Below, piece after piece: positions 12,129-26,000 of a stretch of 64,000 bases of DNA. The stretch's first letter is position 1; the number at the start of each line of letters is the position of its first letter. The stretch spans positions 1,612,001 through 1,676,000 of the forward strand of contig OZ374560.1 in the NCBI GenBank assembly GCA_977862235.1, written 5' to 3'. The translations under genes and the position numbers were made by a program. This DNA comes from Dudresnaya verticillata (lineage: Eukaryota). The notes under the pieces were generated by a model. The model searched no databases. It worked only from the letters and a program-made list of their open reading frames with translations, and was not told the origin of the DNA.

Positions 12129-12706
12129 GTCTGTTGCTTCCCAATATCCGTCTCGGTTAGCCGGTAGCTGTTCTCCCGTTATGGTGCGAACTGCTCTACC
12201 ACCCCGTGGAGGTAGTGTTGCTCTCGTCCGTTAAGGAAAGTCAGGCCAGCTGTCCGTCTCGGAGTTCGTGGGTTTTCACTACACCACACGTTCATGCCCT
12301 CATTGTAATGAATAATGCTAGAAACGATAGTTTAGAATACAAATAGCGGCCAAGGCGCTTCCGGCCTTCGTCATATTTATTGCGCTCCTGACTAGCGGGG
12401 GTTTGCTGATTTGAAACCTACGGAGGATTTCAGGGATGTACGCTTTCTTTGCTCCACACGGTCTCACCGTAATCCCCCCTGCCAGGTGCTTTTCAAGCTT
12501 TATTCTCGTACAGCTTTTGTATTTTACGAGTGGTAGGGTTTTTGTTGCCTTTTTACCCTCTGTTGCAGGCACGTTTCCATTTTTCCTTTTCCCTCAAGTC
12601 TCTACGAACCCCCCATTTTGAGGTACTGTCTTTAGGGTGTGCACACGCACGGGACAGCTTTCTTTCCGTTTAGCCGGCTACTGGCTCGTCGCGCCATACT
12701 ACTACA
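12129..12706 (+). repeat. Fragments of older LTR(s) related to the D and solo-LTR family
   Basis: TATTTATTGCGCTCCTGACTAGC, AAGTCTCTAC and GGACAGCT motifs are shared with 26253-26876 and 54988-55587. LTR-like ends ...CACTACA (~12283) and ...CTACTACA (12706); no matching TSD found. Confidence 0.6.
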
Positions 12707-15488
12707 AGAAGCCAGAGAAAGAAATAAGACCGCGACGTACCCCTAAGTGACATACGGGTAGGATGGCGGAGCAAACATCATGCCCTGGTGGCGAAAGCAC
12801 TGCTGTGAGGCGTGCGTGAAGGCAGCGGGGGGAATAAATCGGTTGCGAAGCTCTGAAATGTCGCCAGAAGAGTGCATATTTAGTGCGTGGAGAGCCGGTT
12901 TCTGCAGAACGCTATGAGTATAGTGATCAGAACGCGATTTTAAGGCCTTCAGAAATGTGCCTGGCGACTCAAATTTGACGGCTGGTTTCGCCCTTCTTAT
13001 TGCATAAATTCTGCTGAAACGTGGTGAGGAGGTGCGGAGATACTTGTTCTGTCCACGTATGGCCTCGATAGTACGATGCATTGCTTTGCTCCGAACTAGT
13101 GCACTCTTCTAGTCTGTGATCATTATACTGATCATTAAATAATAGCATTCTGGATATGTTTCCCAGGACCTATCTATAGATTGAAAAATAAATGTGTGGG
13201 TGGAGTAGATGTTTGCACACAGGAATAAAGGTGTAATTAAACTGTATGATATCTTGTGACATATCATCATCATCATCACAACTTGTGGCATATCAACCTT
13301 TCATATCACCTGCTCAGCGGGCCGTACAGAATTTGAAGAGACTTGCGACAGTTCTTTGTGTAAAGGTCTCTCCTCTTGTTTTCCATCGAAAGTTCTGGGC
13401 CACAGCGTTGTTTCTATCTGCTTTGTGAGCTGTAGTTTCTGTACGGGAATGAGGAGGAACAGAAGGGGATAGCGAGAAAATGCAATGGGTCTATACGAGG
13501 ATGGTCAATATCGGATATATCCGAGATACGACAGTGATATTGTGATCGTTGGCTTTCTTTGTTTTTACAACTTGGTCCCGCACATGCAACTGATGATAAA
13601 ACGCAGTCACAACCTATCCTACTGTAGGATATATCGGAAATGGAGTCTTCGTCAACAGATCGAATCGGGTCAATATTGACTGATGTGCAACTGATACAAT
13701 AACTACTACGGGATGGATCAGCGTAACATGTTACGGCTCTATTGGCACTGATCCATCATTTAATGCTATTGTAGAAATTGATCCTGAACCTACTACGGTA
13801 GATCTGGTCCTTCTCGTACCTCCCCCACATTTGCCATCAGGCTTGTTTTAGACAACTAACCACCCTCCACGGTCCATGAGGTCCCCTCATCAGCCATGCC
13901 ATATTGGCAATGATGGCATTACCTGAATGTAATGAAGATTTCCTTCGGCCAATGCAAGACTCACGGACGTTTCCTGGATGCCGATGGCCCCTCCATTTCG
14001 GCTCAGTGGTCTGTAATCACATTGAAGCTTTACTGATTCTCAAAAGCGGTCTTGCGCGGGCAGCATGGGCCTAAGTGCAGGTACATTACTAACGTGTAGG
14101 ATCGCATCCGAGCTAGAACAAGTCGGAAATCTAGTCCTAGGAGAAGCCAGCGGGAAGGAACCCTGGACTTCGCATGTGAGCTGTTTCAGCTCGGCTATTG
14201 CAGGTCTGCCCTGGATATATGAACTCATCTTGTTCGACGATTTGGAACATCTGGGCTGCGTTACTGCTTCCTTGCAACATGTTCAGGGCTTTTCATCTCG
14301 CACCTGCAATCCATTTCATTCGATCTCTCTTCTCTATTATTCTGTATCAATTCTGCTCAGAACCAGTGTATCTGTTCTTGAAAATCTGAAACTGTCTCCT
14401 CTACGCACGACTACCAGCTTTCTAGATTCCTTCCATGTATAGCCTCAGAGCCTTGTACCGAGTAGGTACGTTTTGACTCCACTGCTAGATGCATCGCTGC
14501 CTGACTAGTTGACGCTTTTCCGTATCCCTCTTCTGAGATAACGTAAACGGAATGGAGACGATCCTTCTCTCACACGCGTGGAGCCTGAAGTGTAGATCAG
14601 TACGGTCTAGTCTTTTCTTGGCCTGATCGCTTTGGTCGATTGTCGTCATTGTCTTCGCTCCTTCTACAGAAAATTCATCAATGCTCTCAGCCTGATATAT
14701 ATGGCTATCATGATAGCTTAGGCGACCGCAGGCGCCGCAAGGTGCAAGAAGGTTGCCACTATTCGACATATGTAGCTTTGCCCCCGGAAAGCTTGTCTCT
14801 CTAGTAGCACCGCTGATCAGAACCGGATCCCATTTGGAAATCCAAAGACACGACAAGCACGTCGAATAGCATAATGATTTTCTATCACCTTCGAACCCTT
14901 CTTCCGCAAACGCTTCTCCCTGTCGATCGTCTAATGTTGTCGGATGATTTCAGATACAAGCTTTGTCATTAGGAAATAAAGCCTCTTGCTATGGGGTTTG
15001 TCTTTGCAATCGGTCTCCGAGAATTGGTTACGCACATCTTCATATCGCCTTCATAGATAAGCAAAAACAGATGCAGCACCTTGTAATCCTTTCGAACAGC
15101 AGCAGGCCTTCCACGCGGACGCCGAACAGCGGATGGATTGTGTAGAATTGATGAGCCGAGAAAGAAAATTAGTTTTGACTCACAAAAATTGCGCTTCTGT
15201 TCCTGAGCGGATGAAAGGAAATATTGAGGTTCTCAGCCTAGTATCCTCGCCGTGTTCATTTAACTTACCAGGATGAAGTAGTCGCGCTTTGTCATGAGTT
15301 GTTCCTTATAATTCCCAAATACTCAACAGTTTATGCTTCAGGTCAACGGCTCTGCGCTGCTTGGAGAGCAGATCCGGTACTTCGCTACTATCAGAGAGGG
15401 AGAGATTGTTATATTTACTGGGGTACTGGATATGGAAGGCAGAAAGCGGTTGTTGGTCGGAATATGGTATGCTAAATCGCAGTATCGT

Positions 15489-15790
15489 TAGAGAGAGTTT
15501 GTAGAGTTTTACTGGGACCCTTTAAACGGGGAGCGAGGCCATTTCCTTGGAGAGAGAGAGAGTTTGTAGCTTTTTATTGGGACTCTTCGGACACGGAGAG
15601 AGGCTATTTCCTTGGATCGCAAGTTGGGTGCGTGTCGAGAGAGAGAGAGTTTGTAGATTTTTACTGGGACCCTTTGGAGGGGGAGAGAGGCGATTTCCTT
15701 GGATAGGAGAGAAAGGGGAAGAGAGAAAGAGAGAAAGAGAGAAAGAGAGAGATACCCTTTAGAGAGAGGGGGAGAAGGAGAGGGAGACCT
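15489..15790. repeat. Three diverged ~60-65 bp units joined by (GA)n, followed by a purine-rich tract
   Basis: GAGAGAGTTTGTAG..TTTTA.TGGGAC.CTT...GAG.GAGGC.ATTTCCTTGGA occurs at ~15490, ~15551 and ~15637. Confidence 0.85.
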
Positions 15791-18700
15791 TTATTTCATG
15801 AGCATCTGCGGCAATCACATTCTCAAAGAAGACAAAATTTAGCCTGAGGCACCCGCGTAAGAACACTCTAAACAACTTGTAAATCAAACAGCACAGTTTA
15901 GCAGCAATATGCTAGTACTGTATATAGTGGATTATAACTCTTAACGACTCTGCCCTTCTGCACTTCATTCGGGTGCACCGCGTCAGGTCGAGTCAGTCTG
16001 TCTTGTTCCTCAAGCGCAGGTTGATGCATTACACGTTAATAGCAGATGGGTTGGAATTGCTTGAGCGAGTGAACAAAGCTCAGGCATCTGATTTGTCCAT
16101 TATGTTATGCCACACAGCGAGTGCAACGTTCCTGTTAGAGCATAATAGAGAGGGTACCTTTACTTAGAATATCGACAGGGGCACTAGGCTAGTTCGCTCT
16201 GTAGACTGCAGGTTGAAGAGTGAGGTTGAAGATTGCCAAGGCGACTGTGATTAATTGTGACAGACTGATAATGAAGAAAGAACGTTATAAACCCAACTGT
16301 CAGCACGTGAAAGTAACGCGAAGGGCAAGATGTGCTAAACATCGGAGATGAGCTAACTCGGCATGCTTCATAAAAACTGCTCTCAGGCTTGGCATATTAT
16401 ACGCCGTGACATTTGGTTCTGTTTACGGTAGCTCTGATTCCTAATCCCCATTAAGGGACTTCTCTCTTTCTTCAATAAAGGTCTCTCTCTGTGTTCTATT
16501 TAAGTTTTAGTTTCTGATTTATCGCTTGTGTTTGGTGGCGAAGTGTGGTGGGAAGTCCTGAGTGAGTGCAGAAGAGGTAGGTGAATGCAATTGCGGATCA
16601 GATTTTCACCGAGACCAGAAGGGTCACGGTCATCACGCGAGAGTGTCAGCAGCCATCGTTCATGGATTCGAACCGCCCTGTGTTTGCCGGAACCAGGAGG
16701 CAGCATTTGGAAGTACATTAATTCTATCATACCACAAGCGGGAGGCGCAGTAGTCAATGAGCAGCAGCACTGGAGCGAAGCTTGGAATTGGTGGGGAGCG
16801 AGGCTTGGAGTGTGGGCCTTCAAATGCTGTGGGCCATCGACATATTCTGCAAACTGGGCCGCTTAAATGGATGGTCATTGATGATCTATGCTGCAACCCG
16901 GTGCAGAGCTCGTATCTGTTTCAAGTACAAAAATGCGGCTCGGATGACCCACACTTGGAAATAACCCTCTCAGCATATCTCCGAAGAAGACAGATATCAG
17001 GCGGTACCATCTCAAACATTAACATTTCGGAGTGGCCTGAGACTAGGAAGTGTGCGTTCGCGGACATTAACAGGCGCCAACGACAACACATTGCTATAGA
17101 ACATAAGCGATGTTTCAGATGGGGTCTGTGCCAAGCGAATGAGCTGGAACGTTATCCAGCACCCAAGCTCTGATAATGTTGTACCCTCAGAGAACAGAAG
17201 CCTATTTTATGACTGTTGCTATAGTATTCCGCCTTCAAAGATCAACTGGTACCACTAGAACATAGCGGCGTACGATTGTCGGGCCGTCCTCACTGTCCAG
17301 CAATATGGCCAATGAACAAGAACACAATTGTAGAGTCGCAGACGTCCTTCTCTAATCACAAGTATCGTGTTGCTTTAAAAACCTGGACCACATGACAGGG
17401 ATCGGTATTGATTTGAGGACTTCTCTCTGATAGTATGCACTTCCCCTGAAGTCAACTTGGATATGTGGCAAATTAAACAGGTGCAATTCTAATGTATTGG
17501 GATGGATTTAAACACAGGATTTTCCCAACATGCCGTTTGTACCCCATGGATTGCGGTATCCTCGACTTTTGTTATTATTTTACATTCCTAGAGCTTCGGT
17601 TCCTAGGCAGAGCTCTTCGGGAGAGTTTCTCGAGTCCTTGCAGCTTTGTCAAAGACTATGACGACTAGCGGCACCATCAGAGAGACCGACAACGTCTCAA
17701 ATTTCATGCAAGCATACCATCTCTTCCTGAACAGCACGTGCAAGTATGGCCTACTACAAAGAAAGTGAGTAATTACACAATAATGTCAATTGCGAAGAGA
17801 GTGTGGTAGTGCCGTACATCTCGTTATTTCGTGCAAGGATGCCATATTGCCGAGCACTGGAAGGGTACTGTCACTGTAGCCATAAAGTTTGCCAGTGTTC
17901 ATGCAGATCATTTCCTGCGGCTGTCCTGTGTAAACCCCCATCCGATAGCATTGCACTTGACTGTGTGTTAGGTAAAAACGCTTTCCTAAGGCGAGGGAAC
18001 AGGAAGAGTTTTGCACATGGATATCTGATTCATTGTAGATCTCTAGTCGAGGCTAATACGAAGTTCTGATGCTGACAAAGCAGGAATCTGGGCTCTACAT
18101 TCTCTCATTGATTCTTTTATCTACTTTTATTCTGTTCAGCTTCAATACGCCATACGGCTTAGACTCTTTCCAGTCCTATCCTTAGACTAGAATATGTGAT
18201 TAACACATTAACGCTTCAATAAAACGGTCGGAGGAATATGATTAATGGAGACCTTTATGCATAGGAAAGACTACAGCGCCGTAAGGGGGCCTAACTAAAA
18301 ATATATGTTCAATCGCGAAAACATGCAACAGTGGCCAGGTGCCGAGAGATTCTGTATGAAACATATTGTAGGATTGTGTGGACAGTGTAATAGTAAAGTG
18401 GAATCTCTGCTCAACTGACTATTCCAAGTTTAAACAGAACAGTAATGAGTCACTATGAATCACAGTAATTAGCATCTACTCTAGCTTGTCTCGTTAGCAT
18501 TAACTGAGCTGAAAATAGCATCGCTCCCATGGGGCATCCGGGGGAATGGAAGATAAGAATAACGAACCAACCGTTATCTAAGTGTGTGGTTACAGAGCGT
18601 TACAGTATTCAGTTGGATTGTAACTAGCTGGTCTATCTAGAGTAACATACTTCGTTATTGCTGGCCTTTCCAACGAAAACCTGTTCTGCGATCCACAATT

Positions 18701-21320
18701 GCAACGCTGTCCTGCAGCTCATTGCTGTTGAGGCTCCTTTCATTATTCCAACCTCAGTTCAATCGATCTCGACGCAGAGGTCTCCCCCTAGTCCAATGTT
18801 GTTCACAAGCATTATTAGGTTGCTCTCGCACTTGAGCTACACGACCACGATGAGAAGGATTGCCACTTGCTCTCAACAATAGGAGGACCACTTTCTTCAA
18901 GGGATTGCAGCATTTTCCAAAATTCTGTTCAATCCCGCACCTCGTATCGATCCGCACTCCCCTTTCTTAATCGACAATAGAGCATTATACAACGCTGTCG
19001 GAGATCATCGTGGAGAAGTAAAACATTCTGCAAACGTCTTGGGGGCTTGTCTCTACACCTGTACATTTCAGTTTCCTGTCTTCCGGAATACCTTATCTTA
19101 TTGGTGTGGCTCCAGTCCGTGTCACAGCAAGAGGCCAGTCGCGGATGTTCGGACATGGATGTGCGCTAAGATGAGAGGGATTTTTTCTGAACAGTACTTG
19201 TCGATGTAGCGTAATTCGACTATATCAATTCACCGTCAGAGAGTTCGATAATCAATCACCACGGCCCCAAGCAAGCCGGTCGAACAGAGCTGTAGAACAT
19301 GTCAGGTTCTGGTAAGAAACATTGTTGAAACGCCAATATAAAGGCCAGGGCTGTGGTTATGACCTTTGGAGACATTGTGAAAAGGTCAGGTATGAAGAGC
19401 GTGTGGAAGGGAGGAATCGGTGGTCTATTTTGAGACGTTTGGGTCCACGATTGTGGTTATCTGATAATTATTTTCTGCTGACGAGTAGAATTCCATTGTG
19501 TAAAGGAATTCGCTTATGAGAATATCTCTTGAACGTTTTAGTCAAGTCTGACTTTCCACGGAGGAGAGCACTCCGAGGACAAATCTCGTATATTTTTAGT
19601 ACGGGAGCAACCTGCCCCATAGAAGTGACAACATTTCGTATGTGTTGTTGCCTTGCAATAAAGACCCATATCTCTTACACAGCGCTATTTGAAATCTTTC
19701 TCACGAGTCTAGGAATCTTTTATTTCCAATCTAATACTGGGAGTTTGTCTATTTGGATTGTGACTTGTCTCAGGACTGTGTCCGAAACAGAAGGTATAGA
19801 TTGGAAAAGATGCGCCATACTAGTTCGATCGCAGAGGCACCTTCCCGGCGCTCAATTGAGAAAACGCCAGAGGGCTCAGCCGTGAGCTTATAGGATTACA
19901 AGAACTGACTTCAAAGAGCATCGGATTGGGAAACAAATACCAGTAAGCTAACTCGCTACATCAAAAAGCTATATCACAAAATTCCTTGAGTCGATATGGG
20001 TTGACTACGCTCATAGTCGATTTCGATATAGATGTAGTAAACGGGAATAGTTATGGTGAGCTAGTTTGTAGTGACGCACAGACTAAAAACTGTAAATTCT
20101 CTTGAAAGACGCTCCGCTATATCGACGGCCAGTGCACCAGCACGATAGGAAGAGTCCAATTGAGCAATTGAAGTATACAGTAATCTTTAGCAGAGCACTG
20201 GAGTGAGGATTGAAACACCATAATATGATACGGAAGTCCGCCTTCAAAGGTACCTTCAAAGGTACCGTAATGTCTGTTTCATGTGTTTCACGATTTCCTG
20301 TCACAAGCCAAAGTCTTGAAAGAAGGCATCCACATACTCACCCGGCTCTGGATGCTGAGCAGAGTGCTGTCTGTAGAGTATGAACTACGCTGTACTAGCC
20401 AGAAGCGTTTGTGGGTGTGAGTGCATGGAACGCAAGCAATGAAAAACATGGGCAAGAACTGCAGTCGAACTGTTTTAACTGTGCTCCATCGTAACATGGT
20501 AGACACGGAAGAATATATCGGAGAAGAAGACTTGTTGGTGATCACTGGACTGTAATAGAGTGATAGCGCTGTCTCGCATGCACGGTTTGCAACCCGTTAG
20601 TTATTTTTAACACATGGACAGTGTTCTACCCTACAACGCACGTTTCGGGATTTGATGAGCTGATTTCGTCGAGTGGACTGTCATTTTTTATATACCTCTC
20701 AGAGTTGTGCAAGTCTATTGTTGTGATACCGCAACTCGTCAGAACGCTACCTCTTTTGAGACTGTACGAAGATTAAAGCAGGGCGTGATAAGTAAATTAC
20801 GGTGGTTTCCCAAGTTACTGTATCACGTGAACGGCATTACGGTTGCAACTCTCATGTAATGTCGTACTAGTCCTCTCGCAAGAAGCAGTGTTTTTCAGCC
20901 TCCGAACTTTTGCAGCGGAAGGATCGGTCTGCACCCCAGAATGGAGTAAATCTCGCGTTTTCGTACAGATAGCATCGTTTCTGTTGCCTTAGGTTACACC
21001 ACCAGTAACACGAGCCGAAGTGAGAAAAAGCCACCAATAATGACACGCAACTGTCTTTCAGGGGTAATTCTGAGTAGAAGTGGACCAATCCTTCCTCATT
21101 GTAGGAGAGGACCCGACTTGTTGCAGTACTGGTAGGGCAACGAGCGTTGCAGAATGTCGCCGAATTGCTACTACACACACGCAAGAGGAATCGTGACCTA
21201 ACATAAATACAATGAGCAGGGAATCCTTCCATCCCACATAAGAGGATTCGAGCCTGAGTGCTGATCACGTTCTCGTCAATCAGTAGCTGAGTCAAGTTGC
21301 TATAGATTTCACATTTCCGA

Positions 21321-22019
21321 ATGAAGTCACAACGCTCATCTCTACTGGGAAAAATTTCCGGACTGATTCTTCTAACTGTTGTTATTGCAACGCCCTTGAC
21401 GTCAAGAGCGGCGATACAGCGCAAGAGATCAACCATAATGGACATCATCCAGGGCTCCTCCAGAAGACAATTTGGATCGAAGTCAAAGTACAGTATCTTC
21501 ACAGCCCTCGTCAAAGATAGTGGCCTCGAAAGGCTACTTCGTTTTCCTGCAATTTCGCTGTCGGATGATGGACCACCCCAAGGTATTACTCTTCTTGTCC
21601 CCACTGATGACGGGATGAAGGCCACAGCGGGTGATATAGCACGGAGATTAGGAAAACGGGCTCCCAGATCTGAAAGGGCAGCTTATAGGACTATCCTGAA
21701 GTTTACTCGACTCTTCGATGACCCGCGCAACGTTCTTGCGTTGCTTCTACAAGAGCATATATTCCTGAAAGCGGTAAGGTACGCTGACTTATCAGATGGC
21801 GCGGTTTTCCCGACGCTGACTTTCACGAAGGTGAAGATTACTGGGCGCAAGATACTTCCCGTGTCGAAGCAATGCGGAATAGCTGTCGGCCTCCCCGCCC
21901 CGCAGCTGGTTGATGAAAAAGTCGGAAGCTACTATGCATCAAACGGAATGGTGCATTCAGTAGACAGAATGCTATTGCCTCCATTAAGCACGTTGGGTCT
22001 CAACGTTTGCCGAGAATGA
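21321..22019 (+). CDS. Fasciclin (FAS1) domain protein with N-terminal signal or membrane anchor
   Basis: 232-aa open ORF with hydrophobic ISGLILLTVVIA and FAS1 motifs YSIFTALVKDSGL, ITLLVPTDDG (H1), LLQEHI and ASNGMVHSVDRMLLP (H2). Confidence 0.9.
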   Translation: MKSQRSSLLGKISGLILLTVVIATPLTSRAAIQRKRSTIMDIIQGSSRRQFGSKSKYSIFTALVKDSGLERLLRFPAISLSDDGPPQGITLLVPTDDGMKATAGDIARRLGKRAPRSERAAYRTILKFTRLFDDPRNVLALLLQEHIFLKAVRYADLSDGAVFPTLTFTKVKITGRKILPVSKQCGIAVGLPAPQLVDEKVGSYYASNGMVHSVDRMLLPPLSTLGLNVCRE

Positions 22020-24799
22020 GCCAAGCGGTCTATGGCAATCAACCTCCAACTTGGTTTGCAAGAGAATTTTTCACAACTTTGAATTTATAATAAACTGCTG
22101 TATCTTACATCCTGAGACGCCCACTGTCAGTGACCTTTCATAGAAATGGCCGAATCCTAAATCCTAAAACGAGTTTCAACTCTACGACCATATCTAGTCG
22201 GTGAGAATAACCATGTTCCCCACTGAGGGCAGCTAAATTCACCTACCGAGAGTAAGCAGATGGTGTCTACTAGTCCTATTGTTTCTTTGAAAACCCCGAG
22301 TGATGAACACCGAGGACCATCCAATTGGTTTTGCGAGAACTTCTGTTCTACTCGGTGTATTGGGGAATGGTACATTCCACAGGGAATCATCAGTCCCATC
22401 GTTGACCATCATCTCAAATGTAACTCTTCTTCTCAATTTTATCCATGCTCCACTTTTAACATTCAAGTGCAAAGTCCTCCTCGGGTCAGCAGTTATAGGA
22501 TAGCTAGTTATCGTTGCGCAGATCTGCTTTTGGCCGAAATCGTTATATTGCACTTTGCAGCAGTCCCATACATAACTGACCAACTTATCATTGTTGAGTA
22601 AGGCTCACTCAATTTGTTTCTCATTGGTACCTCTTGACCCCGCATTCCTATCTTCAACTCAAGCAGTCTCTCTTGTTCTCCTTCATCTTTAGTACCGGTG
22701 TCACTTGACTTAGGTGCGTAGTCTTTTCTCCTTCCATCACTTTCTCTCATTCTCAACTTTCCTTTCATCCGCATCACGTGAGCTCAATCCTTCATCCGAG
22801 CTTGAGACCCGTGAATGTGGGCATATTCTTGTTCCGCTCTTTCTCCAGCGAGAAGAGGCCTTCCGGGAGACCCAACTTGCTCCCTAACCTTTATCCTCTG
22901 TGTCGGAATTCTGATAAAATGTCCAAATCTCCGGAGTATCGCCTAAGCTCGTGAGAGTGCTTACTCCTCCTATACCTTTTGCGTCTTCGGGTTTTCATCG
23001 CTCTCAGAGTCAAAGCCACAAAATTGCATGTTATGAATACCTGGGGGCACGTCATCGTTATTGTATTTCATCGAAGAGTTTTCTATCCCCCTCTTAGTAT
23101 GAATTAGATGGTCGTTCTCCATCTTAAAGCCATAAATTTAACCTCTGTGTACATTTTTGTTTCTGTCTATGCGCGTAGTTATACGGCCACCGGATTACCA
23201 TGTCTCATACCACTTAACATCTTGTCTGATCATGGGATAGACGGGCGTTGACCAAACACATCGACCACTTTCGCACTCTTGTAGGTCCGTATCAAGTACA
23301 CGATACATCATGAAGATAGGGTCACAGGATCTATGGTAGCACCTCCATGAGGGGCACATCGGTGGTTCGTTGGATCGACGGGTGTCGACCCAGCAACTCT
23401 ACGCACTCTAGTAAACAGGTTCGATTCTTGACAATGGGGAACCTTTTCAAGTCCGAATAACTTTTCTCGAGGATGGAATACCATTATGGATCTCCATGCA
23501 ACGGTCCACGAGCTGTAAAGAAAATATTCAACGCATCCCCAGACAACTTATCGAGACGCTCGTCGATAACTGAATGAAAAATATGTCGAACAAGCAGGAT
23601 GTGAGCAGGTCGGGGGCAACCAAAACATGATCTGACATGCAAAAGCCGTAGCTAAAAGCTGGAAAACACCTAACAATAGGACTATCAAAATGACTGCTGC
23701 ATTTCAAGAGCGACCAATGCACAACCAGTTTAATCTAGTTGGCACGAGTAGGATGGAAAATTAAGTCAGATTGAGAGACATGATCTTCTGTCCTAGAAGA
23801 TGCTTACAACATGCGGGATGTGACTCGAGATTGTTACAAGCTTCAGAGGACTAAATTGAGATACAAGTGAGAGTTGCTCTGAGCTGAATTGTATCAGCCT
23901 CACGAGCTTTATCAGCACAAAGTTTAGTAGGCCTGCTCGCACTGCACTCGTCTCATAAGGGTACAGAAATATTGCCAATTGGATGGCAATGCGTAGATCG
24001 TACTTGTTTGTCCTGACGCCTTCCAACGGTTCAGTAACGGCACAGTTATCATATTGCAGCGTCCAGCAGCATGGGCTTCCAAATGACGATCGCTCCGGCT
24101 CACCGATTCCATTACTGTAGTGCGATACCAGAGATCGCGTTCGAATGCACTTTGAAGCATACGGCATCTGGCAGCGTGTTGACACATTCTACCATCGCAA
24201 AGCTCAGTTCCGATGAATCCTACGCACGGGGCCTTAGGTCCCAGTCGTCTGAGCTTCGCAATGGTAGTAGCATTGCTCGTAACGAAAATCAGAACAGTGG
24301 CTTTCAGAATCTGCATTACGCCCTATCCTGCGGTCCGCAGCCAACATGTGATGGTAAACTTTTTTTGGTTGGATTAGGTGGTCCCGCTCGGGCGTCTTAA
24401 AGGCCCATGTGCAGGCACACCAGGGTCAGCTGTAGTGACAGAGGGATGTTACTGTACAGTAGTGTACCCCGGGAAGGGGAAACGGACAGCGGCGGTGTGT
24501 CTATGATTGGGAGGATGACAGCGTGTTCAGAGAAGGAAACTCTGCAGAGCACAGGGTGCGGATGGCGGCGCTCGTACTGACAATGGTGCGTAGGTCGTCG
24601 GGGGTGGCGTCTGGTCTGGAGAGAAGACGGAGGGCTTGCGTGTGGGTTCGAACGGTTGCGTGTTTGGTAGGGTTGGAAGGGGAAATTGGCAAGGTGCGCA
24701 AATGTCAGCGGATGGCCAGCGGTCTGTCGCGGTAGTCGGCGAGTCGCAGGGCCGGCGCGGAACACGAAGGCGAGGACAGGGGTGGCGCGGCGCCCTGTT

Positions 24800-25939
24800 A
24801 GCAGGACTTCCTTCCAGGCGGAATAGCGTTGCTGGGCAAGGACTCGAGGGGGAGCGGGTTCTGTAGCGCCTCTTGTTTTGTCTCATTCGGCACATGGTGG
24901 AGGGCACGTATTGTGTGTCGAGCCTGCTGCCAGGAGGGGCGCGATAGGCGCGGTTGGTGTCGAGCACGACGTTGGAGGGAGGCGATTAGCTTGTGCTGTA
25001 GGGCTCGTTGACGCAGGAGAGGCAGTTCAATCTGGAAGATTGCGCGGAGCTTCTGTAGCCGGAGACGGGGCAGGCGTTTCGACGGGTGCGACAGCACTAG
25101 GCGGAAGAATGGAGTATCCAGGCTTTCAATCGCGGCTTGCGTTGCAGCTGTATATCTGACCAGTGCGAAGCCGTGCTCGTACGTTGAGCGCATGAGGGTG
25201 TTGTGTATAAAGTTCTCCATCTCTCCTTTGTATGAAACGGCAGGCACTGGCTGGCATTTAGGGCTAGACGATGCCCAGTGCGGCTAGTGACCGAAGCTTC
25301 TTCCCTGCTGAGCCAAGGCGAGTCAGCACAGTTGATGTTTGGGCTCCGTAGGGAGAGATGTCTACTCCAAGGTATCGAGCAGTATCGTGATGGGTAGACA
25401 TTAACGGGGGACATGCTTCCCAGCTAGGCGGAACTGCGCACAGCTACTGGTGCCTCTGTGGCGGTGTGGGAGCGGCACAGCGCATTGCTGTACAGACCAA
25501 GTCATCCCATACTTCTGTGCCCAGTCTTCGCAAACGAGGAGGGCTGCCTGCACACTGCCGCAGTGCGTGAGCTGAGCTAACATGTATGAGGCAGTCGTCG
25601 GCAAAAAGCATGCAGGGGGATTTCTGTCACGCCTTCCAAGCTTTTCGCCCAGATCGTAGGCCAGCGTATCGATAAAAGTGTTGAAGAGTATTGGGCTGAG
25701 AGGCGAGCCTTGAACCACTCCACTGCTAATCTCTGCAAATTTGTTTGTAGCACCTCCGGTGGTGTGGACCGTCAGGGGGCCAAGCGTTTTCGGAATCATC
25801 GCGATGAGGTGCGGGGGGAGCCGTTTGGAACACGTTTACAGCAGTTTTTTTGCGGTCGGCTCGATCATAAACCCGTTATATATCCAGAACAGCAGTGTAC
25901 TCGTCACCAGTTGCTCTGGCCGCAAGGGTCAACGCAGTA
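24800..25939 (-). pseudogene. Non-LTR retrotransposon (LINE) reverse transcriptase remnant, cut at its upstream side by the pogo element
   Basis: Motifs AVLDI*RVYD, GVVQGSPLSPILFNTFID, frameshifted LFADD and CEDWAQKYGMTW, with multiple stops and frameshifts. The left boundary is approximate. Confidence 0.85.
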
Positions 25940-26000
25940 CAGTCAACGCGCGATAATTGAATGGCCGATAAATGCATAATCCCGATATTCGAATACTGTC
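25940..26000 (+). repeat. Left terminal inverted repeat region of a pogo/Tigger DNA transposon
   Basis: TA followed by CAGTCAACGCGCGATAATTGAAT, with reiterated CGATAA/CGATAT subrepeats typical of pogo ends. It coincides with the LINE breakpoint; the right TIR is not in the window. Confidence 0.65.

Noticed and set aside
17080..17190. Minus-strand VLDNVPAH resembling a DDE transposase motif
   Set aside because: Stops follow immediately and the expected downstream LPPN/QP motif was not found.
12710..20860. Numerous short ORFs in the low-GC interval
   Set aside because: All are under ~140 aa with no recognisable domains. Spliced or decayed genes cannot be excluded without a search.
20867..21625. 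252-aa minus-strand ORF
   Set aside because: It is a shadow of the FAS1 gene with no recognisable motifs.
22150..23500. Possible decayed gag/protease-like remnant on the minus strand
   Set aside because: Only compositional hints; no intact diagnostic motif could be read.
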